This document shows, in pieces, positions 13,819 through 27,379 of a DNA stretch of 64,000 bases. Position numbers and translations under genes: made by a program. Numbering within the stretch: position 1 is the stretch's first letter; each line of letters begins with the position of its first letter. The notes below the pieces were generated by a model. That model saw only the letters and a list, made by a program, of their open reading frames with translations. It was not told the origin of the DNA and made no database searches. Source of the stretch: Leucoraja ocellata (taxonomy: Eukaryota); the NCBI GenBank assembly GCA_036785375.1, contig JAWMAR010000030.1:9300001-9364000 (forward strand), in the 5' to 3' direction.

Positions 13819-13959
13819 CGGTGTTGTCTGAGACTGCGCCAGTGGCTGCTTGCTTGTGGCACTCCCTGCTGCGTTGTGAGATTGTGACAGTGTAGAAGGA
13901 AGCTCCTCCGCCTCAGGCTGATTCCAGTGTCTGGCATTATACACAGCTTTAGTTGGAGA
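13819..13959 (-). CDS. WAPL: WAPL exon (141 nt): SPTKAVYNARHWNQPEAEELP...QTTP
   Basis: Acceptor ctcttcctcag|TCT, donor CCG|gtgagt; conserved SPTKAVYNARHW; phase 0-0. Confidence 0.93.
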
Positions 13960-16900
13960 CTGAGGAAGAGACAAAAATATAACATTAGAAAATATATCTT
14001 TGCATTTTAATTATGCATTAGATAAGGTTAATCTACATCATAGCATCCACCTACTCATTCATTCCCAGTAATTATGTTACTATTTGAATCCTAAAAGTAA
14101 CAACTTCAACGCACCAGCTACTGCATGGTAAATTACACAAAAAACTGGAGATATCTGGATCACAAGTGAAAAGTGACAATGGGGTCAAAATTTGTCCAAC
14201 TGAACCTTGCTGCATAGTTCACACAAAGGGAAATTAAATAAACATGAGCCTTCATGAGACACGGTATTTGTTAAGTAGACTGGAAGTGGAACGTCAATGT
14301 TCAGATTCCAACTACCTGCACAAGCAAAGGCCTGGTCCTTAAGAAAAATGGGGCCAGTGGGTGGGACGGGGTGAGAATGGAGATTAGAAAGATTTACCTT
14401 TAACGTAAATAAAGACGATCTTTTGTTTTGCGTATGCAGTGTAGCCTAATTTATTTAAAAAAAAAAAAAAAATTCAAATGTCATTCAATGCAAAAATCCA
14501 AATTACTGCTTTGAATTGAAGCTCAAACAAAATAGTTGCACAAATTGATAAAGAAAGGATACCCAGTTTTACTGTAATTATATTTAGTCTTGGTTAACAC
14601 AAGAGCCAAGAGTAAAAGGATGATTGGCTTCAACAACATTTTCCCGTTTTCTCATACTCCAACTCACTCACTGTCGAAAGGTTCACAGAACTCTGCCTTG
14701 AATATATTTAATGACTGTTGCACAAATGGCAGTGCCCACGTGTGCAATGCATACAAATACAATTTCACTGTTCAGTTGCATGTGTGACAAATAAAGCTAT
14801 TGACAAGAGGAGAAAGAGAATTATAAAGAGAAATACATTCCTTGTCATCTCCAATTTAAATGAATCGCCCTTTCTTCTGGAATGATGCAATGAACTTCTG
14901 GATATCACCACCCCATACTCTACTAAAACCAAGGGAAACACATTCTCAACATATACTTTGTTAAACCCCTCAGAATCTTGTACTACAGTAAAATAAATCA
15001 TGTAATTCTGAAGTAATTGAATTGAATTGGGTCAGTCTGCTCAAACACCTTCCAAACATCATCCCATCAACTGAGTGGACTGTCTCCAATGAAGGATGAG
15101 CACATATATATTGGGACTAAAACTGTACACAGCACTTATTCAAAAGTGCGATCATTGACTTCTGGATTTAAAAAAATATCAAAGTAGGAATAGGACAGGA
15201 AAATAAAGCCGAGCAAGATGAGCAGCTGTGATCATGATGAATGAAAGTGGAGGCTTGATGGGCCAAATGGCCTATTATTGCTTCTAACAGAGGGTTGGAA
15301 TGGTTTAAACAAGTGAGCAGATAATTAGGCTGCGAACCCTTGTCCATGTTTGTCTTCCCACACAAGACGGGCTCCAACAGCTGGAACAGATACCAAATCA
15401 GAAATAATTGATCTTGGCAGTGCTGTAATCAGGAAGTACCTTGATAAAATCCCAGGTTACAGCTTCATCACACAGCAATACAATGTTCAACCAAACTGCT
15501 TAGGCTGCTATTGCCAAAGGGGCAGAAATAGGCTGCCAGTGAGCCAACAGGCAGCAAGACTTCTGTTGGGAAATGTGGCCACCCACATTAAACAATGGAA
15601 GATAGGGCAGAATATTTTGCAAAATTCTGCTAATCTTGGTACTAAAAGTAAAGGGGGTTAGGAGTACCATATATTGACATTTAAGGCTACAGAAAGGAAC
15701 TAATTTTTTATTTTTTTTTAAACCCAAGCAAATGCTGACTTTGATCTCAAAAGCATTGGAATGTTAGCTGTATAAAACTTCGTCAGGCCTTGGACTGACA
15801 TCTGTTCCGTTCCGGACTCTGCTTCAAAGTAAACATTGGCCTTGAGGATGTCTTAACAGCAAGTCTTCACAGATATATATCCAAATATTGGGGCTAAAAA
15901 GGTAAAACCAATGATTGAATACCAACACTGCAACATGGAAGGTTAGAGGATGATTTAATGAAAATTTCAAAACAGTGTGCCAGATTTTTGTTAGATACAG
16001 GATTACAGTTTTAAGGCAGATTAATGAGGTAGAAATTAGTAATGATATAATAAATTTTGGAGCAGTCTTGAAGAGTTGGATGGCATAATGTATGTTTTAA
16101 GAGAGAAAACATTACCTCACCTTGCAGGGCAATTATTATCCAAGTCTCCGCTGAAGATTTTGTATTCTATTGCAGAATATAAATAGAAATCATTTCGTTC
16201 AACATGTTTGCCAAATTGCTCCTACTTCTCACTTCTTGAGCTTGAAGATTTATCATGGGTATTTCATTTCCTTTTGACATTCACTGTTGAATTTACATCT
16301 ACTGCCTTTTAATCTAATCATTCCAGATCATAATATTGTGGACAAAAATTCTAATTTGTTTCCCAGCCACATTATATCTGTGCTCCCTAATTGTAAATCA
16401 TACAACTGAAACACCAGGCTGGTTCAGGTGAACAGGGCAGTGAAGGTGTCATTTGGCATGAGTGCCTTCACTGGGAAGTGTTTGGAGTACAAAAGTTGGG
16501 ACATCATTATACAGCTGAACAAGCCATCAATTAACCATACCTTGGCTACCATGTGTTTGGCTTGCCCAGCATTAGGAAGGACTTAGATTGAAAGTGGTGC
16601 AAAAGAGATTCACCAGGATGTTACCTGGACTTGTGGCTTGAGTTGCAGGGAATGGATGGTTCAGATGGGAAATTTTACTTAAGAGCATAAGAGTCCGAGG
16701 AGCGACCTCCTTCAGGTATACAAAATCTGAAGAGCATGAATAAAGTTAATGCTTATAGTCTTCTCCCCCGAGTAGAGAATTCTAAAACAAAACGACATAG
16801 GCTTTAAGAGGGACTCCATGAGCCACTCTTTCACTTAAAGCGCAATCCATGCCAGCAACAAGTTGTCAGAGGAATCTGTAGGCGTAAATACAATTACAAC

Positions 16901-17249
16901 TTTCACAAGATATTTGGATAGATGGTTAGGAATGGTTCAGATGGTTCTGAGGTCTTCCTCAGACAATGGAAAGACTGCCTTTTAAAATGTCCCATCTTCA
17001 CTTGAAACAGCCTCTTCAATCAAAACACAGCCTTTTCCGTGTCTATTTCTTAAATACCCATGATAAACCATTCATAATTCCAAACACCACTGCTATACGT
17101 CCTCTTAATAATCTGCATAAAAACGAGCTGATGCAGGAACTCCATGGAGGCAAAGGGTTCGCCGATGTTTCAGGTTGAGACCTTGCATAAGGACTGACCG
17201 AGACAGTAGTCCAGCTGAGATTGTGCCAGTTTTATAAAAGGTTCCGAAT

Positions 17250-17585
17250 AACCTGGAAAGGCCTGGATAGCGTGGATGTTTCCACCAGTGGAAGAGTCTA
17301 GGATCAGAGGTCATAACCTCAGAATTAAAGGATGTTCCTTTAGGGAGATGGAGGAATTTCTTTAGTCAGAGGGTGGTGAACCTGTGGAATCCATTACCAC
17401 AAAAGGCTGTGGAGACCAAGTCAATTAATACTTTTAAGGCAGAAACAGATTGATTTTTGATCAGTACAGGTGTCGGGGGTTATGGGAAGAAGACAGGAGA
17501 ATGGGGTTAGGAGAGAAATAGATCAGCCATGATTGAATGGCAAAGTAGACTTGATGGGTCAAATGGCTTATTTCTGCTCCTTATG
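17250..17585 (+). mobile_element. CR1-clade LINE 3' fragment
   Basis: Homologous to 17971-18372. Confidence 0.8.
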
Positions 17586-17970
17586 AACCTCCATGTTTTG
17601 ATGCTGCATTGCTTCACATAGAGGAAACTGATCTTTGTTATCTTAACAACCTCCTTTTGCACATGCATTACATTTCAGGATCACATTACTTTTTCTCCCA
17701 TTTATGTTTGTTGCAGGCACTGGCTGACCATGTCAATCTAATCTGTGTATAATAATTTGACCAGAAGGATGACATTCAACAAAATCAATTTGAGTCCATT
17801 GTCATTTGAACAAGCACAGTGAGGTGCACGTAAAATGAAAAATCTGACTAGTAACGGCTGTCACACTCAGGAAAGCATAAAAACTAATTATATATAAATT
17901 ACACTAAATTTCTAAAAGACGGCCAAAAATAAATTGTTGCAAAATATAAATAGAAGAATATGACAAGTGT

Positions 17971-18372
17971 TTGAAGGCACTTGGCTTGTACTTGCTGGCG
18001 TTTAGAAGGATGAGGGGTCCCTTCATTGAAACTTACCAAATAATGAAAGGCCTGGATAGAATGAATGTGGGGAGGATGTTTCCACTAGTGGGAGAATGTA
18101 GGACCGGAGGCCATAGCCTCAGAATAAAAGGACGTACCTTTAGAAAAGATAAAGGAAAGATAAAAGAGGAGGAGTTACTTTAGTCAGAGGCTGGTGAATC
18201 TGTGGAATTTATTGCCACAGAAGACTGGAGTCCGCCTATGGATATTTTTAAGGCGGAGGTTGCCAGATTCCTGATTAGTAAGTGTGTCAGGGGTTATGGG
18301 GAGAAGGAAGGAGAATTGGGCTGAGAGGGAAAGATAGATCAGGCATGTTTGAATGGCGGCGTAGTCTCGATG
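17971..18372 (+). mobile_element. CR1-clade LINE 3' fragment (RT C-terminus and 3' UTR)
   Basis: LGLY.LAFRRMRG..IETYQIMKGLDR...MFPLVGE.RT.GHSLRIKG, typical CR1 ORF2 tail. Confidence 0.85.
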
Positions 18373-20257
18373 CCTATTTGAACATAAGAATAACAGTCCA
18401 TGTTAGTGCAAGAGGTTGACTGTGGCCTTCTGTTGTGGAGGTTGGATTAGGGATAAACAGGTTTAATGTAATATTATGGGAAGTACCTGCTCCTGAACCT
18501 GATGTGGTGCTTCAGGCTTCGGCATCTTCTGCCCGATGGTAACAGTGAGACAGAGGCATGGCTCAGATAGCGGGGATCCTTGATGATAAATGCCACATCC
18601 TTGAGGCAGCACCACACCCCAATAGAAGAGGGTAGCACACAACATTCTCTTGCTCTCTTGTGCATTGGAATAGCCTAGCCCTCCATGTTGGAACCAGTCA
18701 GGATACCTTCTATAGGTAAGGTGTTGAAGCTTGTAAGAGCTTGTGCACAATAGGTGGTGTTTAGATTTAGTTTTATTATTGTCCCATGTACCGAGAGCTT
18801 TGTTATTCTACCCAATCAGATCAAACAATACTAAACATAAAGACACAACGTGCTGGTTATCTCAGAGGGACCGGCAGCATCTCTGGAGAATTAATAGGTT
18901 TTGTTTCTAGTCGGGACTGTGCACAGAGAGCTTTCTCTCAACAGCCATATAAACGTTTTTATTCAAAACTCTTAAAAATATCAACTTTTGTTGCTTTCAC
19001 TGTTTTCTGCCTTCATTGCTTGCTGCATATGAAAATCACTCCATGTCAAATGTAAAGAAAAAAATACTTTAATACCGTTCCCTGTGGTTACAGACAATCT
19101 TACTACTCTAATCAATTTTCTTTATCAAAAATATTCTCTGTGTGAACACCTCTCTTGAAAATATCTAAGGTTACACTATTTCAGTTTTTCTATTTTCCTT
19201 AGTACCGTTTGACATATTTTTGCCATCCTTCTTAAATATTAAAACTAATACTCCAACTGAGCACTTAATTGAGCATTAACATATATTTTGTAAATATTTA
19301 GGACACTTTTTCATTTCCATGTTAAAGCAATGGACATTAAACATTTTTAGACTACTTTCTCAATATTACGTTAACCACCATCGAATCTCCAATCCTACAT
19401 TTTGAAAGTTGTATCAAGTTGGCCATCTTGAGTGCATTCATGCATCCCCCTTTCACTAGTATCCACATATCCTGTTATTCACATCATTGCTCTCTCAGTT
19501 GCACAACAACACAACTGCATCATCTCAAAGAGCCCCAGGCTAATTCCCTACTGTGCTGGTCAAAATTGACCCTTCAAATTATCATCACAATAACACCCTC
19601 TGCTCATTATCACACTTGCTGTGTGCAAAGTGGCTGTCACATTTCCTATATTACAATGTGACAACCACTTCAAAAGGACTTCACTGACTGTAAAATGCTC
19701 CATCATGACAGAGACAAAACAAATGCAAATTGTTTTTAATGATTTCTCTTCCTATCCAAACCATCTCCTCTGAAGAACAATGTTCAGTTCCTGGATGACT
19801 TACAAATTCTTTAAAGCATTGCCCTAAACAAAAAGTATTGCGGGATGCAATCCTAAAATTTAACTGAAAGGCTGGGACAAAATAAAATGTTGTTACCCTG
19901 ACATTGGGCAACAGCAACTTCTGTCCTTTAGATTAGAACACCTCCCCATGAAAGCCAAGAGACCAAACTGTTTGCACTTGTAATGATCCCCAAAATACAG
20001 GCAAAAATGTTAATCCCCATACAAAATCAAACATCGCCACAATGCCTTTAGTGGCTTCTGAAGACGATAGAATTAAGCCACATCATCATTACCTTTTGGC
20101 GCTTCACCCAAAGCTGTTAATACAAATGTTTATATAGATTTTCTGTTTTGCTCTACTTGGTTATTTTAGGTTTTCAGCGTCAGCATTACTTTCCTTTAAG
20201 TAGTTAAATAATGGCTTTAAAGTGATCTTTGTTGAATTGATCAGCAAGAATGAGTGT

Positions 20258-20388
20258 TTAAGAAGAAACTGCAGATGCTGGAAAATCGAAGGTAGACAAA
20301 AATGCTGGAGGAACTCAGCGGGCGAGGCAGCATCTATGGAGCGAAGGAAATAGGCAACGTTTCGGGTCGAGACCCTTCTTCAGACTGA
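20258..20388 (-). mobile_element. Short Penelope-derived terminal-repeat element with intact hammerhead-like core
   Basis: Minus strand CTGAAGA-AGGGTCTCGACCC-GAAAC-GTT. Representative of more than 15 dispersed copies (e.g. about 6110, 24650, 47010, 50040, 51130, 57240, 60270, 62695). Confidence 0.75.
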
Positions 20389-23300
20389 AAGTAGTTCTCC
20401 TCTCCTTCTCAGCTCTCCCTCTGGGTCCGCCTCTTCCTTTCTTCCTCCCTTTGGGCAACTTTCACCCAATGTCAAGATTTTTTAATAAACTCTGCACTCA
20501 GCAAACAATGTTCACTGTTTTTAATTTGTTGGTGACAGGACAGCAATAGCATTTTCACCAAGTATATATTTTCATTACTTTTAAATGGCATCATTACAGG
20601 TTTGCTGTTGTAGGTGGAGGAGAATAATGTGTTTACAGATAATGATGACATAAATTTGAAGAAAGCAGGATTGGACTGCACTTAACTACTGCTTGCCGCA
20701 GATTCACCACATAGAATGCAAGCAACATGGAACATTTAATTGCACTAGATAATTTATTATTCTTTATTCCACAGACATGTCGCTTATTACCAAAGACATG
20801 AAGTAAAAGCACTTTGGAGTATTGTTAGAACAAAGTATAGTCAAAATAATACATCACAGAAACAGGCCCTTCGGCCCAACATGCCCATTCATCTGCACGC
20901 GTCCCATCTACTCGCGTTCGGCCCATATCCCTCTAAACCTTTCATATCCATGTACTGTCCAAGTGTCTTTAAAATGTTACGGTAACTGCCTCAACTACAT
21001 CCTATGGCGGCTTGTTCCATATTCCCAGTCTGTGGTCTAATCAAGACTAATGGTCTGTGGGAAAAAGATGCTCCTCAGATTCCTATTCAATCTTTGCCCT
21101 CTCACGTTAAACCTACCTCCCCTGGGTCTTCATTACCCTACTCTGGTAAAAGACTGCGCATTTACCCAATTACTATAGTAATACCATAATAACTATTTCC
21201 TGATTACCAAAGAAATTGCCATTTGATGCCAGGTCTTGCCAAGCACTGTTATAGTGGCATATTGTGCCTAAGGCAAACTCAATAGATATTGATGCATTTG
21301 TAGAACTTGATGAACTTGTAGAGCTGCTCTTCGCAGCTCCAATAACTGTCAATTTTTAACTTTTGAACCTCAGTGTGTTATCTGTGCATTTGTATGTTCT
21401 CCCCGCGACAAAGAGGAAGTCCCAAGTTTGCTGCTTTTCTCTCATTCCATCGGTTGATATGTTAATACAGCACTGTAAATTGCTCCCCAATATCAGTGGG
21501 TATTGATGGGAACATGGAGAGAATAGGTTATAGGGAAATTTGGAGTGTATGAATGCTCCACGTTAGCAGAAACAAGATGGGTCAAAATGGCCTCCTGTGT
21601 TGCAAGGAGATAAATGAGGTTACTAACTGCTCAGTGTTGCAGATTGATTTGACAGCTTTAATTTACAGTGGCTCAGCATACACAAGAATTTGTCAAGATA
21701 AGTTTGGTTATTTGGTGACCTCATTTTAATGAGCAATATAATGCATGATGGCTGATGATGTCTTATTGAGGAGTGGGATACAATGCCCACTGTACATATG
21801 GGGCGTGCGTCAGGAAATGTTCAGTAACTTCAGGTCACAAATTTATGGTTTCAATAGTTTAAACACTTCCTTCTCAGGAATGGTGACAACTCAACAGGAA
21901 CTGAAGGGAAAGTGGCATTTGAGCAGTATGTGGTGTCCATAATAAATTGTTCCTGCTGTTATATGGAGGGGGCAGGAGGTTAGGACAGACATATTTGTCC
22001 AGCCCCTTATCACATGTGACACTGAGTGGTTTGATGCCGTTCCAAGTTCAGAAAATTGCAGACTCATGCGCTACTCCAGCATTTTAAACCGTTCTTTCTG
22101 ACAGCCAGCTCTGTGGCAAATTGCACACTCTATATTACAGATTGGCACGCCACACATGGATTTTTTTTTAAATGAAGCTGGTTTTAGCAGATACCAAAGA
22201 TCTCAAATTAGATGACGTAACCGGTCATTTTTCCCCACACACAACACAAAATAAATGAACTGACTAACATTCTTTTGGGATCATATACAGTTACCAGTTA
22301 CCACTTTATGGATGTCAGAGTGATCAATGCACTTTAGAAAGATTTAATTTGTGAGAACCATTGATTTGCAGCCAAAGTTAAAGCCGGGCTTGATGTTCCG
22401 AGCATTCCTTTGCTGACCCGAGACCAAAGTAACTTTGTGAAACATGCGCTTTTCAGGAACACAGGAAATAAGAGGAGTAAATTACTTGATGCTTCAATCA
22501 ATGTGAACATATCCTCATTAATTTCCTGATTAAAAAGATATCCATCTTCACTTTAAATACTGCTAATGCGCGACCCATCCACAGCCCTCGTTGGTAAAGA
22601 ATTCCAGAGATTCAACACCTTCAGCAAAAATAAACATCTATCTACTTCAGTTTTTAATTACCTGCCTCTCATCCTGCGACAAAGGAGTACATTTTACATG
22701 ACGATTGTTCCCTGGCAAATTGCTGCAGGTTGTATCATTGAGTCTCTGGAACCAAACCTCCATACTGCCACCTTGCTGATACAAGCTGCCCAAGATTCCA
22801 ATTCCAAAATTTTAGGCTAACAGCATCAGTTCTGACAAGGTCAAAAGTTTGCTCGCTGGACTGCTGGTAATTGACATAAAAATGCAGCCAGTTTTGCTCT
22901 GTCACAGGCTTAAAGCTTCAGCACTGACATGGCCATTTGTCACACTGTCAGGGTCTGCTCATGGGATGAAGCTACTTATTCCAGCCAAACCTCACCATAA
23001 ACCGGCGCACACATTTGACAGGTTTTTCTTAAACCAATCCATATAAAGGTTTGATTACGCTACTGCGGTGATGTGAACCATTAAGTTTTACCCATGCATG
23101 TCGCATTAGTACCTACCTGATTTACATACAGACACTCCCTGATTTACATAAGGGTTACTTACATTCCTTAAACCCATATGCAAGTGACATTTTACAAAGG
23201 TCGAAATCACCTTAAAACTAGGTGGAGCTTCAGCTTAAGAATTTAAGAACCGCAGCTGCAGGGCAATAGACGCAACAACAGTGCTGGAGTGCTTCAGCAG

Positions 23301-23404
23301 GTCAGGTAGCATCTCTGGAGATTGTGGACGGGGTGCTTCTTCTGACAGAATTAGCATTCTGTGTTATTTCACCTTAAACCTAGGCGCCAACGCCTCTGGT
23401 CTGT

Positions 23405-23813
23405 ACCAGTAAGCCTTTCTTCACCAGCTACCACAACATCCAATTAACTCGGCTGTTGTTGTGACTCACATTGTAGCCACTGGTCTACAGCGCTTTCTTC
23501 AGGCTGCCACCACAGACAGGACACGTTCGGTCACTGGGAGACTCCCTCATCTCTCACTAGCCGCGGCTTCTTCTTCTCGGCTGCCGTTTGTTGACTGAGC
23601 CACTCTCCCCCCTCCACCGTTGCTGCCCCCTTACCCCAGATGTCAACACCATTTTATACATGGTGGAACGAGAAGGTAGCGATTGCAGGAGTGGACAAAG
23701 CAATGGCTGACAGGAACCGAGCACGTCCTGAAGAAAGTGCTATCAGCCAGGAGCTACAACGCGAGCCGCAACAACCAGATGGAGTGGCAGCCGGTGTTAA
23801 AGGGCTCACTGGT
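23405..23813 (-). other. Long imperfect inverted repeat / predicted rod-like pre-mRNA hairpin
   Basis: Plus 23727-23813 matches the reverse complement of 23405-23503 (cctgaagaaagYgctRt..ccag..gctacaaYgYgagYc.caacaac...gtggYagcYggtg...ggctYactggt). Inner helices continue to the apex CACCAT-GTATAAA-ATGGTG (23647-23665). Confidence 0.8.
23635..23727 (-). CDS. Candidate in-frame 93-nt WAPL cassette exon (DVLGSCQPLLCPLLQSLPSRSTMYKMVLTSG)
   Basis: Acceptor cactttcttcag|G, donor GGG|gtaagg, 31 open codons, phase 0-0 matching the flanking exons. No homology support seen. Confidence 0.3.
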
Positions 23814-26800
23814 GACTCCGCCAGGAGTTGCTCTCCACCACCTCCCTTGTTCCTGCATGCCTTCCCAGTGTGAAACCAACAGTGCCCGAAACTGGAAGAG
23901 TAACCGGCCCGGGTGACACTTTTATATCCATAAAACGGATGAGAATCCCTCGCTATCCTCCTGTTGCAATAACACAGGTCATTCAGGAAACAGGACCACC
24001 TATTGGGAAATGTCTACTGAAGTGCGAGATAACGCAAGTTGCCTAATCCACACATTGGGAAATGCCTGTACAGACCATTGCAATATAAATTCTCTTTTCA
24101 ACAAAGAATACAAATGAGACACAATCAGCCCAACATCTAAATACAACAGCCATGTATAAATGCACAGCTCAAATCTTGCAAACTTCACTATCATAGGTTT
24201 TTTTTTGCTTATTTGAGACATTAACATCCTGTTTTAGCTTTTCTTAACCCGGAAAGATAACCATGGCACTAGCAACCAACATTCATGTTACACTGAAAAC
24301 CAGTTCCATAAACAACTTAAAATATTGAGTACATTTACTTATGTACAAAGTTCCAAGTTAATGTTTAAACACTGAGTGACTGGCTGCAATGATTGAAAAA
24401 AAATTGGAGGTGGAACAAACATTAAAATGGAAATTTAGCAACGAGAATTTACTTGAGCATTTGCCTAGTTTGTGTGAGGTTAGGATCTTTAGACTTTAGA
24501 GATCCAAACTTCACCCACAAACTAGGCAAATGCTCACGTACATTCCTGACAATCAATGTACATTCATATGAGCAGAGCAAAACGCACAGCATAGAACAAA
24601 ATAGATTGTCACCAATGGTAGAAACGAGAAACAGCAGATTCTACTTCACAAAAAAGGCAGTACTGGAGTAACTCAGTGGGTCAGGCAGTATCGCTGGAGA
24701 ACATGGATACGCGACATTTCAGGTCATGAGTCTGAAGGGGGATTCTGACCTGAAACGTAACCTATCCATGTTTACCAGAGATGCTGTCTGACCCACTGAG
24801 TTACTCCAGCACTTTGTGTCTTGTTCACAGTGGTGCTTTGGCTTGGAGGGCCAAATAGCCTCCTGTTCCGCTACATAAATGGTTGATAATGCTCCCGAGG
24901 CTGCAACCTCTGCGTCTGTATTGGCTTCCGCAAAAATACTTGTCAGTCAGTCAATCACACACAAATCCTTAAGATCACAGTACATCCAGTGAGGACAGAA
25001 ATAAAAGTTTGCAACCACTGCCAATTTTCTTAAACCTTGAAGATTATAGAGGAAATACATTTATTCATCTCTAATCCCTCGAGTCACAATCCCCTCTGAC
25101 TACTTCAAATAAATGCTGCAGCATGTGTTTATCATCTGCAGTTCTGGGTGTCTCAGTTACACTGCCAGTTCACTTAGTATTACATCCTAACATTAAATGG
25201 CTACCACAAACCAAAACTGGCACTAGAAATGAAAATAAAATAAAAACTGCAAATGCTGGAAACCTGAAATAAAAACACAATGCTGGATATATTCAGGCAG
25301 CATCTGTGGAAAGAGAAAGAAAAGTTTTCCCATGTGTATTGTCTGATCTGCTGAGTGTTCCAAGCATTTTCTGTTTCTATTAGCACTTGCCAACCAACTC
25401 TAAATCTTCAGCAAAATTCTCAAATATGTCCAAGGTTGATTAACAACACTTGAAACTGAAAAGGATTCACATTCAAAGATTGACAGCAAACAAAACAATT
25501 CTCATATAAAAACATTTTTGCACACAAAAATGTTCGCAAGTGTTATTAAAAAAAAAACATCAGCACGCCCACAAATACTGTATAGCGAATATATTTGTTT
25601 TGGATCTGGACAATATTTTGCAAAACCACATGCGCTCACAATATTAGTATGTGCCCCAGAAGTAGTCACAAAGATATTCTCAAAGTATATTCCCAGCTGC
25701 CCTTCAGAAAACTTCACTGGGGGAATCCTCTCTACTCATATAAACCCCATCTGAAACTATGCCTTATGCCTTATAGTTATCGACTCTTCATAAGGGAACT
25801 GTTGCAGAATATGGGACCAAATCCAATATATTTTGAGACCCTACAAAACTGTTTTGCATCTGTCATTCATTACTCTAAGTATACCATTTACTCTTGAGTT
25901 GCCTGTGGGCCAGGGATTTCATTATATTCTGGTATGTATGACATAAATTAATCTGACCTGAACCTAGTTTTTCAAATGCAAATCTGCTGTATTTACTGTA
26001 TTTTCTATTCCTAGCCTAGCAAATAGCCATGTTTCATCTTTCTCCAGGCCAGCACACTTCTCCTCAACCAGTCTATTTACAAACTGCATATTGCTGCTGT
26101 GGGCAGCAAAGCACATGACTGTGTATTCCTACATTAAAAGTGTGAGTGCACTCTAAAACTGTAGAATGCACTATAAAAACGCATTTAACCACATTGATGG
26201 TGCTAATAACATGATTCTCCTGACTATTCACAACTCCCACTGCCTAGTTTTCAATGATGAATGTCAAGACTTTGCAAAACCCAAGCAAACTAAACTGATG
26301 TCCTCCCCCCCCCCCCCCACCCCCACCCCTCCCACTCCACCCATACCATACCTGCTTCACATATTCCATCACTTTCAATCAGATAATCACCAGAAAAAAA
26401 AGCTTGAGGTACATATACAAGCTACGCACCAAAGGGTTACATACCATGGCAGCAGGACAATGAGTGCATAGATTACACAAGTAGAACGGACATTAGAAGA
26501 GTTCTTAATTTTTTCCAGCTTTGTTTGTGTAATTCTATCTGCATGCAGTCCAAGAGAGATTCAACATTTGGCACTGCAATATTCCATTAACTCTAGCTAC
26601 TTATATTAAAAAGCACAGAACAGCCATGAAGGCACTCAATCCTTAACGAATTTCAAAAATGTTCCCACATCTCAAACAGCAATTAATATTACAACTCCCT
26701 GGAGCCATTTACTAATGGACTTTGCGCACTTATCAATGAAGGGGCTCTTGTCAGGGTATAGAACAGCCTCCACAGGATGCTTCTAGTGTCTAAATGCAGC

Positions 26801-27379
26801 ATGTCATTAATCCTACCTTTTCACTTGGAATTGCCCATTATGAAGTTGGTTCATAATAATACCCCTCTACTTTGCAAGGTGCATCTCAATGGCATACAAG
26901 GTCTGTTCATCCTTGATCTGATAAATGCATGCAGGCCAAACTGAGAAGGGCTACAGGTTCTTTCATAAAGTGCAGCGTTGAACAAATATTTATGAACGGC
27001 ATTTGGAAACTTTCATTGCCCACAAATGACCAGTTATAATATTTAACTTGACAACTTCTCAGTAATTACTCCCTCACTGTAAACATTCAGCATTCTCTCA
27101 TAATTCCGATGCTAAAAACATGAAATCAGCAGCATAGATAGCTAACATTGAAGATGCTTCTTCGGGGAAAGAGGTTTAACAAACGTTTTACTGAGTGCAA
27201 ACAGAAATGTAAATGAATACACACGGCTCTGATCTTGCATTGAGAACTATGAAGGCTAATCCTCTAACAGCAGCAAGCAGCTCTGTTTACATAGCAACAC
27301 AAGGTTTCTTGGCAGGACCACAGAGGCCTTCATTCAGGCAATGCTGGAGCTGAATCTGCTGTAGTCTGAAGAATTCCGA

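Noticed and set aside
23753-23758. UAG inside the long stem as a possible amber-to-Trp editing site
   Set aside because: The frame containing it hits another stop (UGA) before the donor, so recoding would not restore a WAPL frame.
23640-24046. Overlapping plus-strand ORFs of 72-77 aa
   Set aside because: No recognisable homology; better explained by the GC-rich inverted-repeat structure.
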